A stretch of DNA of 64,000 bases from a virus (taxonomy: Duplodnaviria > Caudoviricetes), in IMG/VR virus record IMGVR_UViG_3300020577_004283, positions 4,987 through 68,986 of that record; one strand, written 5' to 3'. The notes beneath the pieces were generated by a model. It did not search any database. It saw nothing but the letters and a program-made list of their open reading frames with translations, and was not told where the DNA came from. Both the position numbers and the translations under genes were made by a program. Below are positions 38,273-46,647 of the stretch, piece by piece. Numbering within the stretch: the stretch's first letter is position 1; every line of letters starts with the position of its first letter.

Positions 38273-38309
38273 ACTCTAGGCGGTAAAGATCGTGTGTGAA
38301 AGAGCAATC
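38273..38309 (-). promoter_or_regulatory. sigma70-like promoter GATTGCTC-TTTCAC-N17-TAGAGT
   Basis: Member of a 7-copy family with exact 17-bp spacers. Confidence 0.75.
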
Positions 38310-38432
38310 TTCAGAGATCGGTGTTAGATTTGAAGACGTTCACGACCTTAATACAGCCCCTCTAGACTAGGCCGAGCGGCCTACGGTTAAGCTAAAGCGG
38401 TCGGCGAGGGCGAACCCCCGCCAGCCTTCTCG

Positions 38433-39377
38433 TCAGCCGACCTCCTCCAGGGCCAGCTCCAGAGCGCGGACCTTCATCGCGTCGCCCCGACCAAAGAGCG
38501 AGCTGCTCAGACGATGGCTATCGCTCTTGCCCCGCCGCTCGTGGTCGACAAACTCGGTCACCGAGTTGAGCCAGCCCCAGGTCGTGTCGGCAAATCCTGG
38601 TAGATCGTGCCCAATCGCGTCGCCGTTGAACAGCTCCAGGATCTTCTTGTGAACCGGACCGCTGTCCGTGTCCAGAAGCTCGGTCGTCAGGGTCATCGCC
38701 CGGTCGCCAGTGATCTCGTGGCGGGCCAGCTTCCGCATGCTGTCCATGAACGTTTCGAACGACTTGGGCGCAACACCCAGGGTCTTCTTCACCTCGGCCG
38801 GGTTGAAAGCCTTGGAATGGACGATCCGGACGCTCGGCTGATTATCCGAGTGGGCCATCCGCAGGGTGTTGTTGCAGACCACGCGGACCGACGTGAACCG
38901 GGCAGTCGTCGCGAGGCTGCCGTCGGCACTGGTGCTGATCAACAGATACCCCCGGACCGGGTCGCGGTTGTCGAGCAGCGCGTCCTCGCCGATGTAGGCG
39001 GTCGCCCAGAACCGCTTGCCGCCGAAGAGCGTGCCAGCCGTGACCATCTCCAGACCGACTGCTTCGATCAGATCGCGGAAGAACTCGACCGTCTCGCGAG
39101 GCTGGACTTCCTTGTAGTCCTTGGACACCACACCGAGCGCGGCACCGGTGTCAGAACGGTGCAACACGCGACGATCGTTGATGCTGATCATCTCATCACC
39201 AAAGACATACTCGATCGGTGACGAGTTGATGTTCCATTCCATCCCAGCGGCCATGACCCATTCGTCGATGGTGGCGCCCTTGGTGACCGGGGTGCCAAGA
39301 CCATGCCAGGGCTGGACACCCTCCACATAGGCCATCTCGACCTTCCCGCCTTCGCGGATTGACAGTTCGTGAGACAT
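38433..39377 (-). CDS. DUF932 / LGT_TIGR03299-family protein
   Basis: MAYV...PWHGLG, LGVVSKDYKEVQP, TAGTLFGGKRFW, STSADGS...TSVRVVCNNTL and TTWGWLNSVTEFVDH motifs. Confidence 0.9.
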   Translation of the reverse strand: MSHELSIREGGKVEMAYVEGVQPWHGLGTPVTKGATIDEWVMAAGMEWNINSSPIEYVFGDEMISINDRRVLHRSDTGAALGVVSKDYKEVQPRETVEFFRDLIEAVGLEMVTAGTLFGGKRFWATAYIGEDALLDNRDPVRGYLLISTSADGSLATTARFTSVRVVCNNTLRMAHSDNQPSVRIVHSKAFNPAEVKKTLGVAPKSFETFMDSMRKLARHEITGDRAMTLTTELLDTDSGPVHKKILELFNGDAIGHDLPGFADTTWGWLNSVTEFVDHERRGKSDSHRLSSSLFGRGDAMKVRALELALEEVG

Positions 39378-39409
39378 CGTCGTGTTTCCTTCAGATTGGA
39401 GTGGAGGCT

Positions 39410-39446
39410 GGCGGGAACTTACCCGGCGGGACCGCCCCGCCGGTAG
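39410..39446 (-). repeat. 5' leader hairpin with tandem CCCGCC
   Basis: CTACCGGCGGG-gcggt-CCCGCCGGGTA...TCCCGCC on the - strand; family member. Confidence 0.75.
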
Positions 39447-39450
39447 AGCC

Positions 39451-39487
39451 TTTGTAGGGGAGCTTTCCTTCGGATGAAAGAACAATC
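39451..39487 (-). promoter_or_regulatory. sigma70-like promoter GATTGTTC-TTTCAT-N17-TACAAA
   Basis: Promoter family member. Confidence 0.75.
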
Positions 39488-39514
39488 TTCGGCCGAAGGC
39501 AGGAAATCTTCAGA

Positions 39515-39748
39515 TCAGTGTCGCCGGCCTCCCGCACGGTTGGCCGCAGCCTTCACACTGTCAGCGGTCCACACACGACCGGTCCCGTTGTCGCTGACAA
39601 CGTAAAGCGGGATCGGATTGGTGAGGTCGTTGTCGTCACCACCACCGGCGCACGACATGCTGAGGAACACAATGCCCCGTGACTCGCACGCACGGACTGT
39701 GCGACGACCCAGGCGGCGAACGGCGATTTGGGTTGCAGCATTCGACAT
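39515..39748 (-). CDS. small hypothetical protein
   Basis: RBS GAGGAGG. Confidence 0.6.
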   Translation of the reverse strand: MSNAATQIAVRRLGRRTVRACESRGIVFLSMSCAGGGDDNDLTNPIPLYVVSDNGTGRVWTADSVKAAANRAGGRRH

Positions 39749-39769
39749 GACAGCCTCCTCGTTTGAAAC

Positions 39770-40204
39770 TCAGTTTCCGAACATCTTGTCCATGCACTCC
39801 GGCCCAATCCCCCGGTCAATCGACTCGGGAACGGTCAGGGTCCTCTTGCAGCGGCCGCAGCGACCCTCATGGCGGACCTCCAGCCCGAGCGAAGCCGGGG
39901 GTGCGGCGTTGGTCAAGACCCGCTCACAGAGGAAGCGGAAGGCTGCAACGGGCTGGGCGTCGTTGGTCAGAGCGGATTTCTTGGTCGTGCGGAACGCGGT
40001 GCCGTCCATCGTCCCGATGTAGACATAGTCGCTGGTGTTGTTGGGACCGGACAGCAGGGAGACGAAGAACCGGTCGCCCACGTCCTTGGCCCGTGTTACC
40101 TGATAGGTGTATCGGTTGCCGGTCTTGGCGGACTGCAGGGTCAGCAGGGCACGACCAGCGGTCGTGAATTCGCGGATCGTCGTCGGATCGTTCATCGTGG
40201 TCAT
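39770..40204 (-). CDS. DUF6011-like Zn-finger protein
   Basis: EGRCGRCKRTLTVPESIDRGIGPEC C-terminus; RBS AGGAGG before ATG 40204. Confidence 0.75.
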   Translation of the reverse strand: MTTMNDPTTIREFTTAGRALLTLQSAKTGNRYTYQVTRAKDVGDRFFVSLLSGPNNTSDYVYIGTMDGTAFRTTKKSALTNDAQPVAAFRFLCERVLTNAAPPASLGLEVRHEGRCGRCKRTLTVPESIDRGIGPECMDKMFGN

Positions 40205-40254
40205 CAGTGCCTCCTGGCGGGAAGGGGAGGGGTGGCCGGAGCCACCCCCGTTGG

Positions 40255-40515
40255 TCAGAACCAGTTGATGATGGTGTTGCCGTCCATGTTGGCGTTGATG
40301 TGGTGGCTGGTGTTCTGGCCAAAGGGCTTGACGAAGCCAGGGAAATTCTCTTCGACCCATCGGGCGATGTCGTAGGCCAGCTTGACCGAGATATCGCCAT
40401 GAAAGCCAACGCAGGGGAAGGAGCCGACCATGGAGCAAGACACGCGGACATAGCCGGGACGAGTCTTGAATTCCTTCTTGATGGCAGCGTTCATTTCGCG
40501 GGAAGAGACGGACAT
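40255..40515 (-). CDS. small hypothetical protein
   Basis: First gene behind promoter 40568-40604. Confidence 0.6.
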   Translation of the reverse strand: MSVSSREMNAAIKKEFKTRPGYVRVSCSMVGSFPCVGFHGDISVKLAYDIARWVEENFPGFVKPFGQNTSHHINANMDGNTIINWF

Positions 40516-40522
40516 GAGAACA

Positions 40523-40563
40523 TCCTGGCGGGAGCCTACCCGGCGGGACCGCCCCGCCGGTAG
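40523..40563 (-). repeat. 5' leader hairpin + TCCCGCCAGGA
   Basis: Near-identical to 39410-39446 and 42201-42241. Confidence 0.8.
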
Positions 40564-40567
40564 ACCA

Positions 40568-40604
40568 CTTGTAGGGGAGTTCTGGTTGGCGTGAAAGAGA
40601 AATC
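40568..40604 (-). promoter_or_regulatory. sigma70-like promoter GATTTCTC-TTTCAC-N17-TACAAG
   Basis: Promoter family member. Confidence 0.75.
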
Positions 40605-40611
40605 TGGACCT

Positions 40612-41577
40612 TCAGCCAGAAATCTTGGCCCGAGCCTTGGTCTGTTCGATCTGATCGTCCAGCCCGATGTCGCGACCGGCGAACGACCCTGCATGGTAGG
40701 CGTGGTGGTCGATCTTGGCGGCCTCCCGCTCCTGGCGACGCTGATAGGTTGCGCGCCAGCGTTCCTCAGCCCGACGCTCTTTCTCCAGCTCTTTCTCGGT
40801 CTTCGGCTTCACATCCTCCTGCACGACGACCGTAGCCCTATGCTTCGCGATGTATTCCTCTCGTTCCCGCCGGTATTCCTCCGCACGGATCCGGTCCTGC
40901 TCCTCGCGCTCTTTCCGGCGACGGGCAGTGGTGCCCGGTTCGTAACCGAAATAGAAATCGTTGTTCAGATCTTCCTCACTGGAAAACACGTCGGACAGGA
41001 CCAGGTCCGTTCCGTTGCCCCGACGAGCATCCATCCGGTCAGTGCGTGACTGGGCCTCCATCTCGCGACGCTTGGCGTCCAGCCGCTCGGACAGCCGGTC
41101 GGCGCAGCCGGCGAACCAACTGATGGCCGACCGGTTCCGGCGATCTTCGAACGGACACACACGGTCCATCGCCTGGAGAAGATACTCGTATGTCTGCACG
41201 ACCATTTGCACGTTGATCTTGCGACCCAACAGAGCGTGGCGACGACGGTGGCGCACCTTGCCTTTGCCGTCGGCCCGCTTGTCGTAGACCGTCACGGTCC
41301 AGTGTCGGACAAAGTTGTTTCGGGCAATCGACGACATGAGCACGACCTGCCAGTCCTGAGCGGCGGCGATGGTCGCCGGATCCTTGACCCGGTCAGACGA
41401 GGGTTCTTGGTTGTTGGTCCCGAGGCTTGCCATGCTCAGGTTGTATTCGGCCATGAGCGCCTGGGCCTTGGCAGCGGCGGCAGCTGCCTCATTTTCGTTG
41501 CCACGCGAGTCGTTGGCGAGCGCCAACAGTTTCTGAAGGCGACGGACGATGGACTCGGGAACGTTGGTCTCGGACAT
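40612..41577 (-). CDS. DUF2786-domain protein
   Basis: IVRRLQKLLALA....NENEAAAAAAKAQALMAEYNL N-terminus. Confidence 0.85.
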   Translation of the reverse strand: MSETNVPESIVRRLQKLLALANDSRGNENEAAAAAAKAQALMAEYNLSMASLGTNNQEPSSDRVKDPATIAAAQDWQVVLMSSIARNNFVRHWTVTVYDKRADGKGKVRHRRRHALLGRKINVQMVVQTYEYLLQAMDRVCPFEDRRNRSAISWFAGCADRLSERLDAKRREMEAQSRTDRMDARRGNGTDLVLSDVFSSEEDLNNDFYFGYEPGTTARRRKEREEQDRIRAEEYRREREEYIAKHRATVVVQEDVKPKTEKELEKERRAEERWRATYQRRQEREAAKIDHHAYHAGSFAGRDIGLDDQIEQTKARAKISG

Positions 41578-41585
41578 GAAAACCC

Positions 41586-41626
41586 CCTGGCGGGAGAGAG
41601 TAGCCGGCGGGACTGCCCCGCCGGCC
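41586..41626 (-). repeat. 5' leader hairpin variant
   Basis: CCGGCGGG/CCCGCCGG stem retained, flanks diverged. Confidence 0.7.
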
Positions 41627-41631
41627 AGATT

Positions 41632-41668
41632 TTTCTAGCGGATCCTCCAGACCCGTGAAAGAGAAATC
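41632..41668 (-). promoter_or_regulatory. sigma70-like promoter GATTTCTC-TTTCAC-N17-TAGAAA
   Basis: Promoter family member. Confidence 0.75.
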
Positions 41669-41669
41669 T

Positions 41670-42191
41670 TCAGCCCTTCTTGGCCTCGTCGACGTTCACG
41701 TGACCTTCGCTCGCGGCGTACCGCAGGGTGCGGTGGGCACGGCTGGAGCTGTAGCCCAGGGCGACGACACCGGCCACAAACTCAGCGACCGTCTGGCCGG
41801 TCTTGAAACAGTCGAACCGAGCGTTACCACCCGACCCCTCACGGCGGGGGTTCTTGACCGTGACACGAGTGATGATCATGTCATCGCTGAACTTCGGCTT
41901 GCGGCCAGCGCGCACACCTTCAGCCTTCCTCGCGGCCTTCTTCTCCTCGGCAGCCACCTTCGCAGCGATTTCCTTGGCCACGTCGGCCGCCAGGCGGACC
42001 TCGGGCTGGTCGTCGGTGACCGTGATGACCAAAGAGTCGTCGGCCAGGAGACCCTGGAGGCGCTCGGACAGAACCGCCACCGACAGGCGCTGAAGGGTGG
42101 AAGCGGCCGGAGCCTTGAGGTCTGACAGCTCGTGAGCCTGACGGATCAGACCGACAACGACGGACTTGGAAACGGTGGAGATGTCGAACAT
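41670..42191 (-). CDS. hypothetical protein with the NP..G.TV domain
   Basis: KNPRREGSGGNARFDCFKTGQTVAEF. Confidence 0.65.
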   Translation of the reverse strand: MFDISTVSKSVVVGLIRQAHELSDLKAPAASTLQRLSVAVLSERLQGLLADDSLVITVTDDQPEVRLAADVAKEIAAKVAAEEKKAARKAEGVRAGRKPKFSDDMIITRVTVKNPRREGSGGNARFDCFKTGQTVAEFVAGVVALGYSSSRAHRTLRYAASEGHVNVDEAKKG

Positions 42192-42200
42192 TTGGATGCC

Positions 42201-42241
42201 TCCTGGCGGGAGCCTACCCAGCGGGCCAACCCCGCCGGTAG
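42201..42241 (-). repeat. 5' leader hairpin + TCCCGCCAGGAGG
   Basis: Family member with a different loop. Confidence 0.75.
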
Positions 42242-42245
42242 AGCT

Positions 42246-42282
42246 TTTCTACGCCAGGATGGCAAAAAGCCAAAGAGAAATC
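42246..42282 (-). promoter_or_regulatory. sigma70-like promoter GATTTCTC-TTTGGC-N17-TAGAAA, overlapped by inverted repeat AAAGCCAA/TTGGCTTT (42266-42290)
   Basis: Promoter family member. Confidence 0.65.
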
Positions 42283-42442
42283 TTGGCTTTGGCCCAACAT
42301 TTTTCATGGTGCCTATGGCGGCATATATGTAAGGTGTAGGGGGTTGGCATTCAGGCAGCGCAGCAGCCGCTACAGTCGTCGCAGGCGGGCGATAGGTTTG
42401 GCCGACCCTAGCCTACCCTATCGCCCGTAGAACGGCTGGTGC

Positions 42443-42913
42443 CTATAGAAGAGGCGGCTGGCCGAAGTTATTCGGGTGTTCCCGTAACCGGTTCAGCACC
42501 GAACCCCAGGCCCAGTTTCCTGGGCCATCAAACCAGCGGCCAGCGACACAATGTGGCGGGAGCAGCAGACCCCTGTCACAAAGCTCGCGGACGTAGAGTC
42601 CAGGGACCAACCACAGCTCGTCAGTGGCCTCTCCCCTTCTCGGGCCAGCATCATGTTGTTTGCGAACAGCGACCCAAACACGACCACCGGCTCGGCTCCT
42701 TTTGTGGATCCAACCAACTTGCTCAGCGCTCAGGCCAACGGCCCATGCGCTGGTCGCCTTGTATTCGATCCAGAACTCAACCCCATCAAAGCAACCATTC
42801 GAGTCAGGGATGCCGGCACCAACACCCCCGGACTCAATTGCCTGCCAATGAATATCTGGGAGCCAGCTCTTGAACAGACCCCGCAGCCCATTGTCGCTTT
42901 TCCGTTTGGTCAC
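42443..42913 (-). CDS. PD-(D/E)xK nuclease, VRR-NUC / Holliday junction resolvase-like
   Basis: GAGIPDSNG...FWIEYKA...Q..WIHKR..AGG motif; GTG 42913. Confidence 0.8.
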   Translation of the reverse strand: MTKRKSDNGLRGLFKSWLPDIHWQAIESGGVGAGIPDSNGCFDGVEFWIEYKATSAWAVGLSAEQVGWIHKRSRAGGRVWVAVRKQHDAGPRRGEATDELWLVPGLYVRELCDRGLLLPPHCVAGRWFDGPGNWAWGSVLNRLREHPNNFGQPPLL

Positions 42914-43452
42914 TTCTTCTTGGGCTCTTTCTCTTTCTCGGTCGGAGGCTCCTCGACACGGGGCGGACCCACCAGATCTGACAAATCGGCAGGAACCCAG
43001 CCGGGGGGTTTCGTGATCTTGAAGGTGCCGTCGGGAGCGGGTTCCTTCATCATGTTGTGGACGTGGACACGGCGCCACGCTTCGTAAAGATCGTGGCCGT
43101 GCTTATCGGCAGTCCCGACGGCGACGTAAATGCTGTCGACCTCGGCGTCCAGGATCTGCTCCTGGTTGTTGGCTTCGATAGCGTCGGCCAGCTCGGTCGC
43201 TTCCTCGATCTGGAACTTACCACGAAACTGAGCTTCGTCCAGCGGCATCGCACGCGGCGGGCCGTCGTACGACTGGTTGAACTTCTTGTGAAATTCACGG
43301 ACGTCAGCCAGAAAGTCCGGCGGCTCGGACCACAGTAGACTGTTGATCAGGTTCAGGATGACGTCCACCGGGCGATCGTCTCGGTTGACCACCAAGACAT
43401 ACGAGTCGGTAGATTCGCCAGCGTGGACGTGAGACAGGGACACGATTTTCAT
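42910..43452 (-). CDS. MazG-like all-alpha NTP pyrophosphohydrolase (dUTPase/dTTPase candidate)
   Basis: VREFHKKF...EEATEL..A......ILDAEVDSIYV..G...AWRRVH..NM.K...KP.GW motif. Confidence 0.8.
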   Translation of the reverse strand: MKIVSLSHVHAGESTDSYVLVVNRDDRPVDVILNLINSLLWSEPPDFLADVREFHKKFNQSYDGPPRAMPLDEAQFRGKFQIEEATELADAIEANNQEQILDAEVDSIYVAVGTADKHGHDLYEAWRRVHVHNMMKEPAPDGTFKITKPPGWVPADLSDLVGPPRVEEPPTEKEKEPKKK

Positions 43453-45419
43453 GCGGCTTCTTTCATTGCGATGACCTGATCCCAGGTCTTTTTGGCATTA
43501 CCCCAATTGGTGCCAAACTCCAGATCAACACGGACTGGCACATGGAGTTTGACAACGTTCGTCATGATCTCGTTAACTTCTAGCGCATCTTTATACCTCC
43601 CGAATGAAAAGTCCAGTTCGTCGTGCATCTGGACCAAAGGAATGTAGCCAACCTTGTAGCACTCGACCATCGCCATCTTTGTCTGGCGGGCAGCGCTCCC
43701 CTGGATCAAACCGTTCATCGCCTGATAGGCAAAGGCTCGTTCCAGTGGTTGGTTTGGCCAACGGGCAAGAGCCTGCTCCCAACGAGCGAAGCTCCCTGAC
43801 TCACGACCTTTCTTCGGCTGCCACAGATTGAAGTGACGGCGGGTGCCGTCAATCATCCTGATGAAGCCGAAGTCTTTGGCACGTCGCTCGCAAAACTGAG
43901 CAAGGCCACGGACCCAAGGGACACGACCGTGGTAATCTTCCATCAGAATTTCGCCGTCGGCCACCGATATTCCGAGAGATCGCGCCAACTTCTCGATCCC
44001 CATTCGGTAGAACAGGCCAAGGTTGATGTCTTTGGCTACACGTCGTGGTTTGCCGGTCATTTCGGCAACCATTTGATGAAAGTCAGCATCTGGACCTTTG
44101 TCGCGATAATAGGCTATCGCGTCTTCGGTCCCGTCCATGCGGATACCCAACTTTTGTGCATGTTTGGCACTAACGTGTGCGTAGTGGACAGACAGTCTGG
44201 GTTCTTGCTGGCTGTAGTCAGGTGCCCCCCAAATCTCACCATCTTCTGGGTAGAACAACCCACGAATGATCGGGGCCAGTTCAGGGTCTCTGGATGGCAT
44301 CTGCTGAAGGGGTGGGTTTGCGTATGAGAACCTTGTAGTTTTGGCGCCGAGTTGTTTAATCTCGGCGTGGATGCGGCCACGATGTTCAAAGCCGAGAATG
44401 TAGTTTCCTATGAATTTTTCACCGAGGTCCTCAAGCTGTCTGGCTTTACGGACATACCCTGCTAAATCGCTGTTGTTGCTTTCTAGCCACTCTTTCGTGA
44501 AAGATGGTTGCCTGGTCTTCAGTGTTCTAGGATACGATATACCTTCAAGATCAAAGATCTGAGCCAGGGACGTCGGAGATCGGAGATCGTCAATTGTTGT
44601 AGTTCGACGCCAGGGGTTTTTGATCTTCTTAAGTTCTTCCTGGGTCATGACACGGATATCAGCTCTGGCTTTCTCGCCGGCTTTCGTGGATATCCGTATG
44701 CCACGTTCCCTCATTTTGTGGAGAACAGGAACCAAAGCCATCTCAGTCTTGTAGGATTGCTCTAGATGTTCGTCCTGGATCTTGTTGCGTAGGTGGCGAC
44801 CCAACTGCAGCGTCGCCACCGCGTCTTGCTCGGCGTAGGGTCCAACGTAGCGGGCTGGGATTTTCCAGAGGCCATGCTTGATGCTGCCATCACGTTTGAC
44901 AATACCGAAGGCGGCGGCTGCATCGTCTAGCAGTCTCTCATCTTTTCCAGGGAAACCTTCCCTCGCGCAGCAGTCGTCAAGGTTGTAGGTCGGCCAATCT
45001 TCGTCAAGGAGACGAGCCATGGTGCCAGCGTCATCAGCTTTTTCCGGCCACACTTTGCAGCCTTCAGCGAGAAGCCAACCCATGTCGTACATAATGTTGA
45101 AGAACACAACACGATTGTTCCGTAGAAGGTCTTCGACCCAGCGTATGACCGAACCTAACTCACGGTTTTCAGTGTCGGGGTGCCGAATTGGCACATAGAT
45201 TGATTGGTTGTTCCAAGCAACGGAAACACCGAGAAGGTAGCCATCATTGTAGACCCAGCCTGGACCTTTCTCTTTATCCAGACCACCATCTTTTGTTTCA
45301 GTGTCTAGACCGATTTCCAAACCACGAAGGTCCGGAAGGTTCCCTGTGGGGGGCACCCACAGGGACTTCGGCATGAACATCTGCAGCTGACCTTCAACGG
45401 AAAGTGTTCGGCCAGCCAT
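43449..45419 (-). CDS. family A DNA polymerase with a 3'-5' exonuclease domain
   Basis: GLDTET, FFNIMYD, YAEQDA exo motifs; PDYSQQEPR (motif A), AKDINLGLFYRMG (motif B), QMHDEL (motif C). Confidence 0.95.
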   Translation of the reverse strand: MAGRTLSVEGQLQMFMPKSLWVPPTGNLPDLRGLEIGLDTETKDGGLDKEKGPGWVYNDGYLLGVSVAWNNQSIYVPIRHPDTENRELGSVIRWVEDLLRNNRVVFFNIMYDMGWLLAEGCKVWPEKADDAGTMARLLDEDWPTYNLDDCCAREGFPGKDERLLDDAAAAFGIVKRDGSIKHGLWKIPARYVGPYAEQDAVATLQLGRHLRNKIQDEHLEQSYKTEMALVPVLHKMRERGIRISTKAGEKARADIRVMTQEELKKIKNPWRRTTTIDDLRSPTSLAQIFDLEGISYPRTLKTRQPSFTKEWLESNNSDLAGYVRKARQLEDLGEKFIGNYILGFEHRGRIHAEIKQLGAKTTRFSYANPPLQQMPSRDPELAPIIRGLFYPEDGEIWGAPDYSQQEPRLSVHYAHVSAKHAQKLGIRMDGTEDAIAYYRDKGPDADFHQMVAEMTGKPRRVAKDINLGLFYRMGIEKLARSLGISVADGEILMEDYHGRVPWVRGLAQFCERRAKDFGFIRMIDGTRRHFNLWQPKKGRESGSFARWEQALARWPNQPLERAFAYQAMNGLIQGSAARQTKMAMVECYKVGYIPLVQMHDELDFSFGRYKDALEVNEIMTNVVKLHVPVRVDLEFGTNWGNAKKTWDQVIAMKEAA

Positions 45420-45424
45420 CTGGA

Positions 45425-46111
45425 TCAGAACCGCGGAACGCTGCGGGCGAGGCGGCGAGACAACCGAGCCTGCTCAGCCCCCCGGTTGTTCTCCCACTCG
45501 TCGCTCCGTCGAGCTTCGGGCGGGTCTTCCGGGGGTGGTGCCGGAGCGAACGCGATCGTGTCGGTGATGGTGTCGCGAGTGATCGTTTCCCAATGGTAGA
45601 CGGCGATGACTCTCAGCTCTTCCTCGCTGAGCGGGTGCTGAATGAAGATGCTGTTGATGGTTTTCATCACCCCAAACATCGTGTCGAAGTCAGCCCACTT
45701 GGTGTGCTTTCCGAGGAAAGCATCCATGTTCTTGCTTCGAGCGAGTAGGATGTTCTTGGCGGATTCGTCGGACACCGTTGTGTTCCACACTGGTGCCGGC
45801 CGGATGTCCTGAATGCTCTCGGTTGACAGTGCGTCAGTCTCCATGGTCATCATCGCGTAGACGGCCAGGTCAGCCAGACTGTCGGCATGGCCGCCGCGAT
45901 GTAGCGACCGAGCATACCGGGTCAGCTTAGTCACCAGATGGGCGAACAGGATCAGCCGACGATAGTCGTTCGGCTTGGACATCTGGATACCATTGGGGAG
46001 CATGGCGTCCATAACGGTGCCAAACTCCATGTAGTTTCCACCGTAATCAGCGTTCCGCTTTTCGAACAGATCGGCGGCATCGCGAAGAAGTTCGGGGACA
46101 GTCTTGGTCAT
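45425..46111 (-). CDS. DUF1599 / Nmad1-like nucleotide-modification-associated protein with a C-terminal extension
   Basis: KRNADYG...KLTRY...DSLADLAVYAMM motif. Confidence 0.7.
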   Translation of the reverse strand: MTKTVPELLRDAADLFEKRNADYGGNYMEFGTVMDAMLPNGIQMSKPNDYRRLILFAHLVTKLTRYARSLHRGGHADSLADLAVYAMMTMETDALSTESIQDIRPAPVWNTTVSDESAKNILLARSKNMDAFLGKHTKWADFDTMFGVMKTINSIFIQHPLSEEELRVIAVYHWETITRDTITDTIAFAPAPPPEDPPEARRSDEWENNRGAEQARLSRRLARSVPRF

Positions 46112-46647
46112 AGAGCCTCCAGAGTGAAAAGTCGTGTGCCGACGTAGAACTTGATCCGCTCTTGTTGGGCGGAGTCTGGCCAGCTGATCATCTCGCCTTG
46201 GATGAACGGCATGACTGCACCGAACACCGGCCTCGCGTATCGGTTGCCGATATTCAGCTGTTCGATTGCCCATTCGAACATCTCCATCATGTCGGCTAGC
46301 TTGATCAGTCGCCGCCAATGTTCATCCAAAGACTCAGGCGTTGACAGCAACCATTTGCTGGACATGTCGATCCGGGCGTGGATCTCCAACTCGTCCATGA
46401 CCTTCTTCAGACTGGGATTGTCTTTCTTGATCGGATAGGGGAGATCACCAGTCTTGATCTCACCCACGTCATGAAACAACGCGTGACTGATCACGTAGCC
46501 TGGTGCGTCAGGCGCAATCGCGAGGACGATGCGCGCGACGTTCCAGCCGTGCTCGGCGACAGTCTGCTGACCAACCTGCGGCCACGTGTGGTAACGGACC
46601 ACACGACCTGCCAGGCGCGGATCAGTCCTGATGTCATCAGGGTTCAT
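46108..46647 (-). CDS. HD-domain 5'-deoxynucleotidase (YfbR-like)
   Basis: VVRYHT...TVAEH...HALFHDVGEIKTGDLP...IKLADMME. Confidence 0.88.
   Translation of the reverse strand: MNPDDIRTDPRLAGRVVRYHTWPQVGQQTVAEHGWNVARIVLAIAPDAPGYVISHALFHDVGEIKTGDLPYPIKKDNPSLKKVMDELEIHARIDMSSKWLLSTPESLDEHWRRLIKLADMMEMFEWAIEQLNIGNRYARPVFGAVMPFIQGEMISWPDSAQQERIKFYVGTRLFTLEAL

Noticed and set aside
35783-42191. Calling the small early ORFs anti-CRISPR proteins
   Set aside because: No aca-type HTH gene or recognisable Acr sequence; position alone is insufficient
39410-42241. Leader hairpins as intrinsic terminators
   Set aside because: They lie just downstream of the predicted -10 boxes and lack U tracts in either orientation
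43449-45419. Intein or intron in the DNA polymerase (also checked terminase and helicases)
   Set aside because: Lengths are normal, motifs contiguous, and no intein or homing-endonuclease signatures seen
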